Shown here in pieces: positions 23,259-35,903 of a stretch of DNA of 64,000 nucleotides. A model generated the notes under the pieces. That model saw only the letters and a program-made list of their open reading frames with translations. It was not told where the DNA came from and searched no databases. The DNA comes from Leucoraja ocellata. Lineage: Eukaryota. The position numbers and the translations under genes are program-made. Numbering within the stretch: the stretch's first letter is position 1; the number at the start of each line of letters is the position of its first letter. The stretch covers positions 3,720,001-3,784,000 of the forward strand of contig JAWMAR010000206.1 in the NCBI GenBank assembly GCA_036785375.1, read 5' to 3'.

Positions 23259-23668
23259 CCGATGAAAAATAAAAAGGTTATGAGTGTTTAAAAAAGTTGA
23301 GATCCTCTCGCCTGTCAATCACCGCGATGAAGGTAACACCCCTTCGGGGGGTGGGGGGGGGGGGGGGGGGGGCAGGACTATAAATCCCTTGATGCCTGGA
23401 CGTGACTCAGTCACTCTGCAAGATCACGAGGGAGAGGCCACAGCTCTCAATCTAAGCTGTGAATCAACTGAACTGTGAGTCTGCAATGTACTTGCAATAA
23501 ATGATTTGTTAGCCCTTAATCACAATGCCATGAGTTGTTTGGCCTACTGCCCTGCTTGTGCTTGAAACTACAATGTTTTATTAGGTCCGACTATGTTTGG
23601 AAGTAAAAATGCTTTATTAGGTCCGACTTCGTTTGGTTCAAAAGTCCCGCTCATTTCGTCACTTCCGC

Positions 23669-24282
23669 TGAGTATAGAAGCTGGGATGTAATGTTAAAAT
23701 TGTACAAGGCATTGGTGAGACCAAATCTGGAGTATGGTGTACAATTTTGGTCGCCCAATTATAGGAAGGATGTCAACAAAATAGAGAGAGTACAGAGGAG
23801 ATTTACTAGAATGTTGCCTGGGTTTCAACAACTAAGTTACAGAGATAGGTTGAATAAGTTAGGTCTTTATTCTCTGGAGCGCAGAAGGTTAAGGGGGGAC
23901 CTGATAGAGGTCTTTAAAATGATGAGAGGGATAGACAGAGTTGATGTGGACAAGCTTTTCCCTTTGAGAATAGGGAAGATTCAAACAAGAGGACATGACT
24001 TCAGAATTAAGGGACAGAAGTTTAGGGGTAATATGAGGGGGAACTTCTTTACTCAGAGAGTGGTAGCGGTGTGGAATGAGCTTCCAGTGGAAGTGGTGGA
24101 GGCAGGTTCATTGGTATCATTTAAAAATAAATTGGATAGGCATATGGATGAGAAGGGAATGGAGGGTTATGGTATGAGTGCAGGCAGGTGGGACTAAGGG
24201 GAAAACAAAATTTGTTCAGCACGGACTTGTAGGGCCGAGATGGCCTGTTTCCGTGCTGTAATTGTTATATGGTTATATGGTT
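23669..24282 (+). mobile_element. Young CR1 LINE 3' end (open ORF2 C-terminus 23691-24197)
   Basis: LYKALVRPNLEYGVQFWSP...ERVQRRFTRMLPG...FFTQRVVAVWNELP; tail (TTATATGG)n. Confidence 0.96.
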
Positions 24283-24289
24283 AGTGGAC

Positions 24290-24400
24290 AGGTCGCGCTG
24301 ATTGCGTAATTTCCGGTGAGTGTAGAGGTCGCGCTGATTGCGTAATTTCTGGTAAGTGCCGAGGTCACACTGATTGCGGAAGTGCCGCTGACTGCGGAAG
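24290..24400 (+). repeat. 36-bp tandem repeat (AGGTCGCGCTGATTGCGTAATTTCCGGTGAGTGTAG), ~3 copies
   Basis: Direct inspection; lies in the Helitron body. Confidence 0.85.
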
Positions 24401-24461
24401 CCCCACAGCGGAGAGGCCGCGCTCAGCCCTATGAGTATTCAAGAAAGTTTACTGCCATATA

Positions 24462-24840
24462 NNNNNNNNNNNNNNNNNNNNNNNNNNNNNNNNNNNNNNN
24501 NNNNNNNNNNNNNNNNNNNNNNNNNNNNNNNNNNNNNNNNNNNNNNNNNNNNNNNNNNNNNNNNNNNNNNNNNNNNNNNNNNNNNNNNNNNNNNNNNNNN
24601 NNNNNNNNNNNNNNNNNNNNNNNNNNNNNNNNNNNNNNNNNNNNNNNNNNNNNNNNNNNNNNNNNNNNNNNNNNNNNNNNNNNNNNNNNNNNNNNNNNNN
24701 NNNNNNNNNNNNNNNNNNNNNNNNNNNNNNNNNNNNNNNNNNNNNNNNNNNNNNNNNNNNNNNNNNNNNNNNNNNNNNNNNNNNNNNNNNNNNNNNNNNN
24801 NNNNNNNNNNNNNNNNNNNNNNNNNNNNNNNNNNNNNNNN
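24462..24840. other. Assembly gap (379 N)
   Basis: Run of N. Confidence 1.
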
Positions 24841-26189
24841 CAGTGACTGAGCTGCCAGCCCAATAATCCATTTGGCCAACAATGTCCATACTAGCACTAT
24901 GGAAACCAGTCCTTTCGGCCCATAACACCATGCTAGCGCCCCAGCAAGCCCACCCCCCCCCACTGAACAGCAATATTGGAATTGATGGTGAGGTGGAATA
25001 TTGCGTTGGGGGATCAGCCCTCTCGTGTGAATCTGGGGCCCAACGGGTCCCACTTAGTCTAGTATAAAATAAATGTATTGAATCTTGATAAGAAGCAGAA
25101 CAACAACTCTCATGTTTTGAAACATTGAATGCAATGTAGGTTCACCAGGTTGATTGCAGGGTGGGCATAATGTCTAGTGGTACTATCAGAATAGGTTAAG
25201 CAGGGTAGTTCATTATCCTCTGTAGTTTAGAAGGCTGAGAAATGATCCAATTGAAATTTAAAATTTACTTACAGAGCTTGCCCTGTGTGGGCAGAGCAGA
25301 GAATTATAGTGTCATAACTTATAAATAAGATGCCATCCAATACAGAATGAGGTGACAAGAAATATTCTTCAGCCTGAGGGAAGTAAACCATTGGAAATTG
25401 CAATGGAAAGGGGATCGGGAGGAGGCCTCAGTGACTATGTTAAACAGAGGCTGAGTTTTGGGCATGAGAAGAATTTGGGGATAAGAACAGAAATGTGGTG
25501 CTGAGATACAAGGTCTTTTTCAGTGGCAGATCAAGTAAAAATAAATCCAGTGACTCTGGAGATGAGCAAAGTAGTTATTCCTCATCTCCTGATCAAGATT
25601 AGTGCAAAAATAAATATGTGGCCATTATTAATTTGTCTGTGTTGTGTATAAATTTGCTGCTTGTCTTGTATTACAAATGATGACCGGACTTGAAAAATGC
25701 TTTGTTGCAACGGCCTTTAGTCACAAAAGTCACAATTATTTATGTAAGTCTTGTAACTTTCTTTTATCTCTTTCATACTGTTAATTAGCCTGCGTTCTTC
25801 AAAGAAAATACTTCCAAACTTTTCACCTCCTGAGGCCTGAATTGATTTACTTTTGCGGCTCCTGTGTATGTTTTATGCATCAACTGTTTCATCTTCATGT
25901 CTCATTAAAAACAAATTCCAGTGACCAGAAATTACTACTTCCATGGACGTGTACAGTACACAGTTGATAATGCAGTGCAAATTACATATAAACCTACGCA
26001 ATTGTAATTATCACACTAACTGGAGTGGGAAAAACAGAAAATATAACTTTAGAATTTTTTTCAAAGAAAAATTACAAACTTCCACATTTAAACGTAGTTG
26101 CAAGGTTTTGTTGTGTGAAAACAAAGGGTTATGATACTCTGCATCATTTGTAAACAGAACAGGAGTGTGTAGACCAGGTGCATGGATAA

Positions 26190-26378
26190 GGCGCGTGCAC
26201 CTTCCTGTTAAGGCTCTGTGCAGATAGCAGCCAGCCGATTATTGCTTGTCCTTTTATTTTTGTTCTCTCACTTTTAATTTAATTGTAATGTTGTGTACCT
26301 TGTTGTGTGTTGTGACTGTTGGCAGACCAAATATCTTCCGGGGATGAATAAAGTTTTATCGTATCGTATCATATCGTA
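26190..26378 (+). mobile_element. Non-LTR 3' tail
   Basis: ...ATCTTCCGGGGATGAATAAAG followed by (TATCG)n. Confidence 0.6.
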
Positions 26379-27275
26379 AACGTTGATTTCCAATGATTCC
26401 TGTGTGAGTTGCAACGTTCATGCTTGCCTCTAAAATGTATTAAATGTTGTAAAGTTACTGTTTGTGTACAGCAGATACGAACAAAGCTTGCAGAAATGTT
26501 CGGTCCTATATCAACAATAAACTAAGCCCAGTGTTTTTTCTTTCATAAATGCATTGCTGAACCCTGTCATTCACACAAGGATGGACGTGCTGTTCAATGG
26601 AAGAACTCTCACACAGTAACAAGCACGAGGCAGCTGGTGATATATTTCCTTATTCTGCAATAGCATCCTTCCTGTACGCCCATGGTGTTATGAATAAGAT
26701 CAATTTGTTTCTCCTAAATAAGAGTACTCTTCATTTAAAAATTGGCAAGGAGAAGTGAACGGATGCTTTAAAGTCGCATAATGTAGAATGTGAAAGAAGC
26801 ATTAAGAGGCAATTGTTTTTCTGCTTTATTTGTTCATACAGTTTAGAAATCGTTTGAAGATTTGCTTCCTTCAAGCTGAAGCACTCTGGGTAGATCTTCA
26901 AGCCTGGTTCAGTAGTTTTTAATCAGGCTCCTTATCAAGAGAACTAACCACATTGCCACTAGAATAAATGTTCACAAATAATTGTTCTTGTCCAGTGCAG
27001 AAGCACAACTGGCAGTATCTACATGACTGGATCAATTTGTTAGTTATCGACCAAGTCTTAACTTCTGATCACATAGGTGTGCTGTAGCAAATGGTAGATC
27101 ATAAATCAATGATCAGTACCAAAACAAGTGAATTTGTTAAAATGCTGAAAACCAAGGTCAGTAAGATGAGGCTTTGAGAAGATTTACAGTGAGCAACGAA
27201 GATGAACACAACATGCTATTTTATAATGTAGGAGTCAGTGGTCCAAGAAATGTTGAGGATAACAATGTATACATA

Positions 27276-27365
27276 AAGATAGAGTGCTGGAGTAACTCAC
27301 TGGGTCAGGCTGCATCTCTGGAGAGCATGGATAGGTGATGTTTCCGGTCGGGACCCTTCTTCAAA
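27276..27365 (-). mobile_element. PLE terminal fragment
   Basis: GCTGGAGTAACTCA...GGTGATGTTTCCGGTCGGGACCCTTCTTCA. Confidence 0.8.
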
Positions 27366-28934
27366 TACCATGGCTATATGGTGCAGTTTCTTGTACCTAC
27401 AATTTACATAGAATAAAATAATAGTCTTCTTATTTGTGAAAATAAAGTTGCTCTTCAGTGTAATAAGTAGGGGCAGTGACTAAAAATAAATTGTGTTATG
27501 AGTTAATTCAATTAATTGAAAATTATATCCCGGTTATTATATTGGTGAAGGTAAAGGTGAAAAGCTTTAAAAGGAAAGGAAAAGGAAAAGGAAAAGGTGG
27601 TAAAATAGGTGATCATGTCATGGTGCTGGATAACAAAGTTAAGTTGGATTTGTCCATCACTCCCAAGTGATGCATTTTATTCCTACATTATGAATACTAT
27701 TTTATTTTCTGTGGATTTGAATTGTATTAGTTTTCCTGAAGAATATACCCCTCAAGCGATAAGATGGCAGCGAGTCATTTAATTGGAAGTATACAGATCT
27801 CAGTCAGCTTTACTACAATGAGTCGGGTGATCAACTTGGGAAGTATACAGCCTCATTAAAACTATTTGCTATTTTATACATACAACAATAGTGATTTGAT
27901 TATCTTTGTTAAATGTGAATTATTTACAAATTCTGAGGTAAAATGTTTTCAAATCCAGAACAAGCACTATTTGACAAATGAACAACATATATATGGAACT
28001 CCAGAGGGGGTAATAAACCTAACATTAATTGATTATCATTTATTAGCCTAATATTGCTCACTCTGGAAAGAAATGTAGCTGTAGAATTCTTGAAGAACAT
28101 GAATAATTAAGCAGGCTTCAAGTCTAAGGGACATGCAGTTACCATAATATATTATTCATCACAAGGTCTTGGAGTGTATTCAAGAGATTATATGCAAGTG
28201 CACGGAGCTTTTTTATACTCATTGACACTGCAAAGGAAGGTGACAATAACACGTGCCAATTCTTCTAGGCGTGATTATTTTTAAAAGTATAGTGCCAGTG
28301 TGTTAGCGGCAAGGTATTACTCTTTAGTTTAAAAAGTGACCAAAATAGGTCAAGCATAATCTTGCTGAATGGCAGAACTTATCAGTGTTTTGAAAGGCAT
28401 TACACTTCAGGAAGCTGAACAGAAGCTGTAACATTGTATACCCAAAATATGAACGAATAAGAATTACAAAGGAAATCCTTGTATGTTTTTATTGCTACAT
28501 AGAGTAGTTCAAGAAATGACCCTCATTTGGGCCAACTTTACTCTGGAACATAATTGACCAAAGCTGTAGGTTAGCTTTGAGTTTCACTTCACGAGGCTGT
28601 ATTGCACGATATGTGCAAGTGTTCGGTGAAACAATCGCCTAATCTATGCTTGGTCCCACCGATGTAAAGCAGCCGGGCAGATCAATTTCATGTACTCTTC
28701 ATCAGGCTAAAGGAACTGTTGCCATTCTTTATAACTATGATATCAGATTATGATTAAGGTAATTGATGCATCAATTTTTTTTAAATGAAAGAATTAAAAA
28801 AATTCTCCCATTTTGTAATACTTGAGGGAATTCAAAGCCTCTCAAAATCGCTGTTTCTGTTGGCCCTGTGTAATTGTGACTTTCGAACATCACAAATAAT
28901 TCTCATTCTGTAATCTACTGTGAAAATGGGATGG

Positions 28935-29510
28935 GTAATGGCAGATAGAATTTAATTTAGATAAATGTGATGCGTTGTATTTCAGTAGGACAAAACAGGG
29001 CAGCAATTACTCAGATAATGGCAGGGCCCAGAGTGTATTGTGGAACAGAGTGATGTGGAACAGTTGCAGGTTCATGGTTCCATGAAGGTGGTGCCATAGG
29101 TGGGCAGAGTGGCAAAGAAAGTGTTGGCATGCTTGCCTTCTTCGATCAGTGTATTGAGTGCAGGGATTTGGATGTCATGTTGCAGCTGTACAGGTCATTG
29201 GGAAGACCACAGTAGGAGTACAATTTTGGTCGCTCTGTTATAGAAAGGATGTCATTAAACTGAAAGAAATTAAAAAATATATATTTACAAGGATGCTGTT
29301 AATCTGAGGGATTTTGGCTGTAAGAAGAGGCTGGGTAGGCTTGGATCTTTTTTTTTATGTGTAAGAGGCTGAAGGGTGACCTTATAGAGGTTTAAAAATC
29401 ATGAGGAGGCATAATTAAGATAAAGAGTCAGGTTAGGGTAGTCTGAAACGAGAGGACATAAGATTTAGAGTGAAAGGGGAGTGATTTAAAAGTGACTTGA
29501 AGGGCAACTT
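28935..29510 (+). mobile_element. Old CR1 ORF2 3' fragment
   Basis: Decayed WQIEFN..KC, LQLY..L, RLKGDLIEV motifs. Confidence 0.8.
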
Positions 29511-29514
29511 AAGT

Positions 29515-29882
29515 CTTATAGTGTGGAAATAGGCCCTTTGGACCACTTGCACAGACTGGCCGACCTACATTAGTCCCATCTGCCTGTGTTTGGCCCATAT
29601 CCCTCTAAACCTGTCCTATCCATGCAGCTGCCAAAATATTTCTTAAATGTTTTAATAGTACCTGCCTCAACAATCTTCTCTGGCAGCTTGTTCCATACAC
29701 CCACCACTCTTTGTGTGAAAATGTTACGCCTCAGGTTCTTGTTAAATCTTTCCCCCCTCACCGTAAACCTAGGTCCTCTGGTTCTCGGTTCCCCTACTCT
29801 GAGCAAGAGACTCTGTGCGTCTACCTGATCTATTCCTTTCATGATTTTGTACAACTTTATAAGATCACCTCTCATTCTCCTG
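29515..29882 (-). mobile_element. CR1 3' end
   Basis: ORF 29570-29896 (RMRGDLIKLYKIMKG...FTQRVVGVWNKLP...GRWD*). Confidence 0.92.
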
Positions 29883-31584
29883 TCTTTGGTATCCATGGAA
29901 TTATATTTATACTTTAGTGGTTAGGAAAATGCAATTTGCATTGACAATTGTTTGTGTAGTCAAAGCATATGTGTTTGAAACCATCATGTAATTTCAGAGG
30001 AAATCTGCATGAATATTTGAATCATTAGGCGCAAGTCTGTGCGCTCAGCTTTGCTTGTGCTGGCACAGAGACCACAAAACCAAGGGCAAACCAACCTGTA
30101 CTTTGGTTCTGCTTTGGAATTGGTTTCAGATCAAACTTGGTTCTAATGTACAGTAAGTTTAGAACCAACTTTGATCAAATGTATTGCTGAGCCTGAAATG
30201 GAGATAAGATTTACTTCTACAAGTGCGGAAAGATGCACATCATAAGTAGACTGACGTGCTACATCTTGATGTAGTTTTATAATTTTGTGCCTTTTGAATA
30301 GATTGATTGCTATTGGAGGTTAGAATAACACATTTATCAAAATAACTGAAAGCTTATCAGTTAAGAAAACGCACCCAGAGACGGCAGCTACTTCCCCCCA
30401 TCAAGTTTCCATTGTGCCAGAAGCACCATAGTACACTTTGGCCGTCCAGAATTCAGTACATGTAAATTTCTAGTCATAGCCTGAATTGCAATCCTTCAGG
30501 ATGTGAGTTTTTGATGAAGTGGAAGCTGAACTGACTTGGGGGAAATAACATTGAAAGAATTCTGGGCTTGTCTTCATCAAACTTGTATTTGTTCTGAATA
30601 GGTTGGCAGCTGGTTTAATTCGATCCTTTTATCGACTAACCATGAAAATGCTTGTTCTCAGCTTTTAAAAACTGATGGAGTAGAAAACATTCATGCTGGC
30701 AGCCCATTAATTCTTGATGTTCTGTAATGAGAAATTCGAATGAGCTACAATTCATAATTGGTCACATAATTGAACAAAAAATTATAACCGTGTTCCTATT
30801 TTAATGAGTAAAATGATTCTGTTTTACTTGTTTTAGCTATGGTACTCCATGATGTTAATAAATGTCTATTATTTGCAGCAATTTATGCTGCCGGAATTTC
30901 CATTGAATTTCAAAAGTATAATTCATCTAATTTACTTGTAGTCCAGAATACATGCATTAAGCAGTTTAATTACAGTGGCAGCATGGTGAAAATAGATGCA
31001 ACATTGTAGTAAGTGTGGTATTGTATCTACATTGCAATTCACAATAATCTTGCTGAGCGAGTATTCTTCTGAAAGGGGTAATTTCCTCTGCTGGATGTAA
31101 CTTCTATTTGTTAAATGTAGCTTTTCATTCTGGATTTCCTTTCTCTGTGTCTATTGTGTCATAGTTGTTCAGCACAGAAGCAGGCCCTTTGACCCACCAT
31201 GTCCATGCTAACCATTGTACTTAACAATATTCTACTTTGTGTTCATTGTGCTGAAATAATATATCTTCTATATTCATTTTTCACATAGTTTAAAAGTATT
31301 GATTTGATTTCAGATATCAATTTTCCTTTGCATGTTAAGCGCCATAAGGTACACCGCATAACGCTAGATACATAATGTCAATGAGTTATCAGCGGCAGAT
31401 CCGCTAGCAAGGATTTTGTTGGACTTAACTTTTTTTGCAGAAGTCCTGAAGTGACCCTCTCCCCCTGGCTTTCATAACAGTAGCCACTACACTGAACCAA
31501 TGGTCTCCCTGAGAAGTCCATCATAGCAGTGCAGACCTACCTCTCACTCTAGGGCATCTACTCACTTGAAGGTGACATAGAAGC

Positions 31585-32180
31585 ACAGCAGTAGACTTGC
31601 TACCTTACAGCGTAAGAGACCCGGATTTCAAGAATCAAGATTCAAGAGAGTTTATTGTCATGTGTCCCAGATAGGACAATGAAATTCTTGCTTTGCTTCA
31701 GCACAACAGAATATAGAAGGCATAAATACAGAACAGATCAGTGTGTCCATATACCATTGTATAAAGATATACACACATCAATAAATAAAACAGATAAAGT
31801 GCAAATAAACAGATAATGGGCTATTAATGTTCAGAGTTTTGTTTGAGTTGAGTTCAATAGCCTGATGGCTGTGGGGAAGAAGCTGTTTCTGAACCTGGAT
31901 GTTGCAGTCTTCAGGTTCCTGTACCTTCTACCTGAAGGTAACGGGGAGTGTGTGGCCAGGATGTGGCCAGGATCCTGACTATGGTAACTGTGTATATGAC
32001 GTTTGTACGATCTCCCTGTGACCGCGTGGATTTTATCCAGGTGCTCCAGTTTTATTTGCAGGTTAATTGGCTTCTATAAATTGTCCCTAATGTCGAACTT
32101 GGCTGAATGAATGATCACTGGTCAGCGTGGACTCGTTCGACCGATTAGCCTGATTCTGCACTGTATTTCTAAATTGAACT
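31585..32180 (+). mobile_element. V-SINE split at its B-box by a Rex1-like LINE 3' end (31629-31970, minus)
   Basis: ...AGAGACCCGGATT|insert|GATCCTGACTATGG...; the insert begins (CAAGATT)n GTTTATTGTCATGTGTCCCAG. Confidence 0.8.
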
Positions 32181-32261
32181 AGTGCCTGGTTAACCATGGC
32201 TTCTGTATTGGTCATGATAGGAAAGAAATCTGCTGCAAAACAGTAAAAAGACATTTCATTT

Positions 32262-32895
32262 GGAAGATAGACATAAAGTGCTGGAGTAACTCAGCAGGCC
32301 AGGCAGCATCTTTGGTGGAAAAGGATAGGTGATGTTTCGGGTTGGAACCAGTTAGAAGAAGGGTATAAACCACCATCTACAGTTCCTTCTTAGTCATTTC
32401 ATTTGATTTGCTACACTTTGTTTAAATGTTCTTAAATGTCTCATTAACAGGCATTGTTTTATTTAGTAAAAGAAGATGGACATAAAATGCTGGAGTAACT
32501 CAGCGGGACAGGCAGCATCTCTGGATAGAAGGAATGGGTAACATTTTGGGTCGAGACCCTTGTTCAGACTCAGCTGAAAGGAAGACACCGAGATAAGGAA
32601 GGGTAAAGTGTATGAAAACGAGACATCAAAAGAGATGAAGCTCAAGGAAAATGTAGAATAGATCATTGTTAGTTAGGAGAAGGTGACAACAAAGCAAACA
32701 GAGATAAAATATAATCAGGTGGACAGTCAGACTGGTCAGAGAACTGGGAAGGGGGAGGGATGGAGAGAGAGGGAAAGTAAGGGTTACTTGAAGTTGGAGA
32801 TGTCAATATTCATACTGCTGGGGTGTAAGCTGCCCAAGAAAAATATGAGTTGCTGTTCCTCCAATTTTTGCTGGGCCTCACTCTGACAATGGAGG
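32262..32895 (-). mobile_element. Penelope-like element 3' end (GIY-YIG C-terminus, 3' UTR, terminal repeats)
   Basis: Minus 32894-32784 translates to LHCQSEAQQKLEEQQLIFFLGSLHPSSMNIDISNFK*, the E..LI..LG.L.P...N end of the PLE endonuclease, followed by the hammerhead-like terminal repeat. Confidence 0.9.
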
Positions 32896-33109
32896 TATTT
32901 TTTGGTGAAGGTGCATCATCTAAATATTGTCATGTTTTTAACAGTCTTTGAGGTTTTTGGAAGTTTGTACACCAAAGACATTAACAAACCTTCAATTTCA
33001 GTGATAGCTTTGAGAGATGGTGAGCCTAAGGCATCAAAGTCAAACTGCCAATACAGCTGGATCTTGTGGTGGGAGAAGCTTTATGATGAGCCTGGTTATT
33101 CCAGAGAGT

Positions 33110-33225
33110 ATACACTGTGAGTAGCTCAATTGTAATCATGTATTGTCTTGCCGCTGACTGGTTAGCATGCAACAAAGATTTTCACTTTAACTCGGTACAC
33201 ATGACAATAAACTAAACTGAACCGG
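33110..33225 (+). mobile_element. Non-LTR 3' tail
   Basis: TTTCACTTTAACTCGGTACACATGACAATAAA followed by (CTAAA)n. Confidence 0.65.
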
Positions 33226-33344
33226 ACTGAAGTGAAGAGTCAGGGGATAGTTATACTGAAGAAGGTGATGCCAGGACCACACTCCAGGATAAGGCATGTT
33301 CAGTGGGCATGCTTGTGGTCTTGGAGTAGGTGGAACATTTGGAG

Positions 33345-33622
33345 ATTAGACTTTAGAGATACAGAGCGGAAACAGGCCCTTTGGCACACCGAGTCCGCGC
33401 CAACTGATGATCACCCTGTACACGAGCACTATCCTACACAATAGGGACAATTTACAATTTTACAAAGCAAATTAACTTACAAACCTGTATGGTTTTGGAG
33501 TCTGGGAGGAAACCAGAGCACCCGGAGAAAACCCACGCAGTCATAGGGAGAATGTACAGACAGGATCGAACCCGGGTCTCTGGTGCTGTAAGGCAGCACT
33601 CTACCACTGCTCCACTGTGCCA
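33345..33622 (-). mobile_element. V-SINE (HE1-like)
   Basis: GGAAACCAGAGCACCCGGAGAAAACCCACGC and GGATCGAACCCGGG on +. Confidence 0.92.
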
Positions 33623-34142
33623 CTCCAAAAGGGAGGATCTACTGTTTATAAAATCAGTGATGAATTGGATAAAATAGTTTCTTCATTATTTGTATAATTT
33701 CGACACAATGCTTATGTTTCCTTCCGTGTCTCTTGCAGTATCAGAGCTAATGTCAAGCAAAATATCAAGGACAGGGTTGCTTCTGCGACTGAACCTCCAT
33801 TGGGATCTGCAGGCACCTGTCAGCAGATTTGACTTGCTGGATAATTTCTGAGCAAGTTTTCTCAGCAGAGTGCCTCTTAGGGGACATTTGAAGCATCTTT
33901 GTCTGGCAAAGCTGAGCTTGTCAGCACAACAAGTCAAAACAGGTCATGTGATGATCTGGCCCCTATCGAAAGTGCTGGGAGCTGCTGGTGGGAGACGGCA
34001 GCAGTTTGGAAACAGTAATATTGGATCTCCATATCATTGACTTAATAGGCAACAAAATTTGAATGTTTCGCTATGTAGCAGTAGGAAAAAAATTATCTTA
34101 ATTACAATTTACATTTTTTCTATATTTCATTGCAAAATCTGG

Positions 34143-34500
34143 TAGAAACATAGAAAATAGGTGCAGGACTAGGCCATTCGGCCCTTCGAGCCAGCAATGC
34201 CATTCAATATGATCATGGCTGATCTTCCAAAATCTGTGCCCCATTCCTGCTTTCTCCCCATATCCCTTGATTCTAAGAGCTATATCTAACTCTCTCTTAA
34301 AACATCCAGTGAATTGGCCTCCACTGCCTTCCATGGCAGATAATTTCACAGATTTAGAACTCTCTAGGTTTTTCATCATCTCAGTTCAAAATAGCCTACC
34401 TCTTATTCTTAAACTGTGACCCCTGGTTCTGGACTCACCCAACATCGGGAACATTTTTCCTGCAACTAACCTATCCAATCCCTTAAGAATTGTATATGTT
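34143..34500 (-). mobile_element. CR1 3' end
   Basis: TAGAAACATAGAAAATAGGTGCAGG tail and degenerate ORF2 end. Confidence 0.88.
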
Positions 34501-34660
34501 CAAGAGTCAAGAGTGTTTTATTGTCATATGTCCCAGATAGAACAATTAAATTCTTACTTGCTGCAGCCCAACAAAATATGCAAACATAGTATGATATGAC
34601 AAACGAGATCGAGAAATGAAAACCTCAGTGTGTATATATACACACACAATATACCCATAT
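34501..34660 (-). mobile_element. Rex1-like LINE 3' tail
   Basis: (CAAGAGT)n GTTTTATTGTCATATGTCCCAG; inverted copy at 35790-35903. Confidence 0.7.
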
Positions 34661-34795
34661 ATATATATGTGGGCAAGTTGTGCTGCAGGGCCTGTTTCCA
34701 CATTGTATCACTCAATGACTCTGTCAATCTATCTAAATGTGCTTCAAAATATGTATTTTTGTTGATACTGCAATTATTCACATATATATATATAA

Positions 34796-35739
34796 TCTAT
34801 ATTAGTAAAAGTCTGATCTTGACCACTTCCTGGTGTTCTGTATATTGATTTTAGAAAAAACGCTGCCACTTACAGTTGTGATTTTGGCCATCTTACTCAG
34901 AGTTTCCCTCCGCTGCGCAGGACAAGAGGATGTTTCCCATCGATGAAAAATAAAAGAGTTATTAGTGTTTTAAAAATATTGAGATTCTCCCCCTCCCCCC
35001 CTCACTCCCAGTACCCCCTCCCACTCCCACTCCCACTCCCCACCAACTTCCCCCCACTCTCCCCCCCACTCTCCCCCCTCCCCCCTCTCCCCCCTCCCCA
35101 CTCTACCCCCTCCCCACTCTCCCCCCCCCACTCTCCCCCCCCCCCACTCTCCCTCCCCACTCTCCCCCCCCACTCTTCCCACCCACTCTTCCCCCCCACT
35201 CCCCCCTCCCACTGCCCCCACTCCCCCACCACTACCCCCCACCTTTCCTACCAACTCCAGTCCCGTCCCGACCCCCTGGGAAACTGAAGGAGCAACAATC
35301 AACTGCCACCGATACAAATAATGTCATACACGAGAAAGGGCAGATGCTGGTTGACAAAAAGTGAACACACTGTGTTGGAGTAACACAAAGACGCAGCAGA
35401 ATTTTGGAAACGTCATCCCGTCACCCATTCCTTCTCTCCAGAGATGCTGCCTGCCCGCTGAGTGACCATACTGAGGGAGTGGTGAGTCTGTGGAATTCTC
35501 TGCCTCAGAGGGCAGTGGAGGCAGGTTCTCTCGATGCTTTCAAGAGAGAGCTAGATAGGGCTCTTAAAAATAGTGGAGTCAGGGGATATGGGGGAAAGGC
35601 AGGAACGGGGTACTGATTGGGGATGATCAGCCATGATCACATTGAATGGCGGTGCTGGCACGAAGGGCTGAATGGCCTACTCCTGCACCTATTGTCTATT
35701 GTCTATTGAACATGCGACCCAATGGGTCCCACTTAATCT

Positions 35740-35741
<2 letters not shown>
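34796..35741 (+). mobile_element. Non-autonomous Helitron in a (TA)n tract
   Basis: A|TCTATATTAGTAAAAGTCTG 5' end matches 60992; 3' GACCCAATGGGTCCCACTTAATCTTG|T. Contains a C-rich tract, a PLE fragment and a CR1 tail (35470-35707). Confidence 0.82.
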
Positions 35742-35780
<39 letters not shown>

Positions 35781-35789
35781 GTACACGCA

Positions 35790-35903
35790 CTGAACTTTTT
35801 TTGTTATTACAGAGTATTATGTTTATCAATCTGTTGTGCTGCTGCAAATAAGAATTTTGTTCTTTTTTGGGACATATGACAATAATACACTCTTGACACT
35901 TGA
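35790..35903 (+). mobile_element. Rex1-like LINE 3' tail
   Basis: GGGACATATGACAATAATACACTCTTGACACTTGA. Confidence 0.7.

Larger units (their letters stand above)
23260..25062 (+). mobile_element. Non-autonomous Helitron (5'-truncated; spans a CR1 insertion and a gap)
   Basis: 3' end GGGGCCCAACGGGTCCC-ACTTAGTCTAG|T. 24930-25062 aligns to 63475-63614; 23260-23390 aligns to 34941-34990 and 61138-61225. Continuity across the gap is inferred. Confidence 0.75.

Noticed and set aside
23691-24197. 168-aa host CDS
   Set aside because: It is the CR1 ORF2 C-terminus of a 5'-truncated insertion.
24382-25053. Long ORFs
   Set aside because: They span the N gap.
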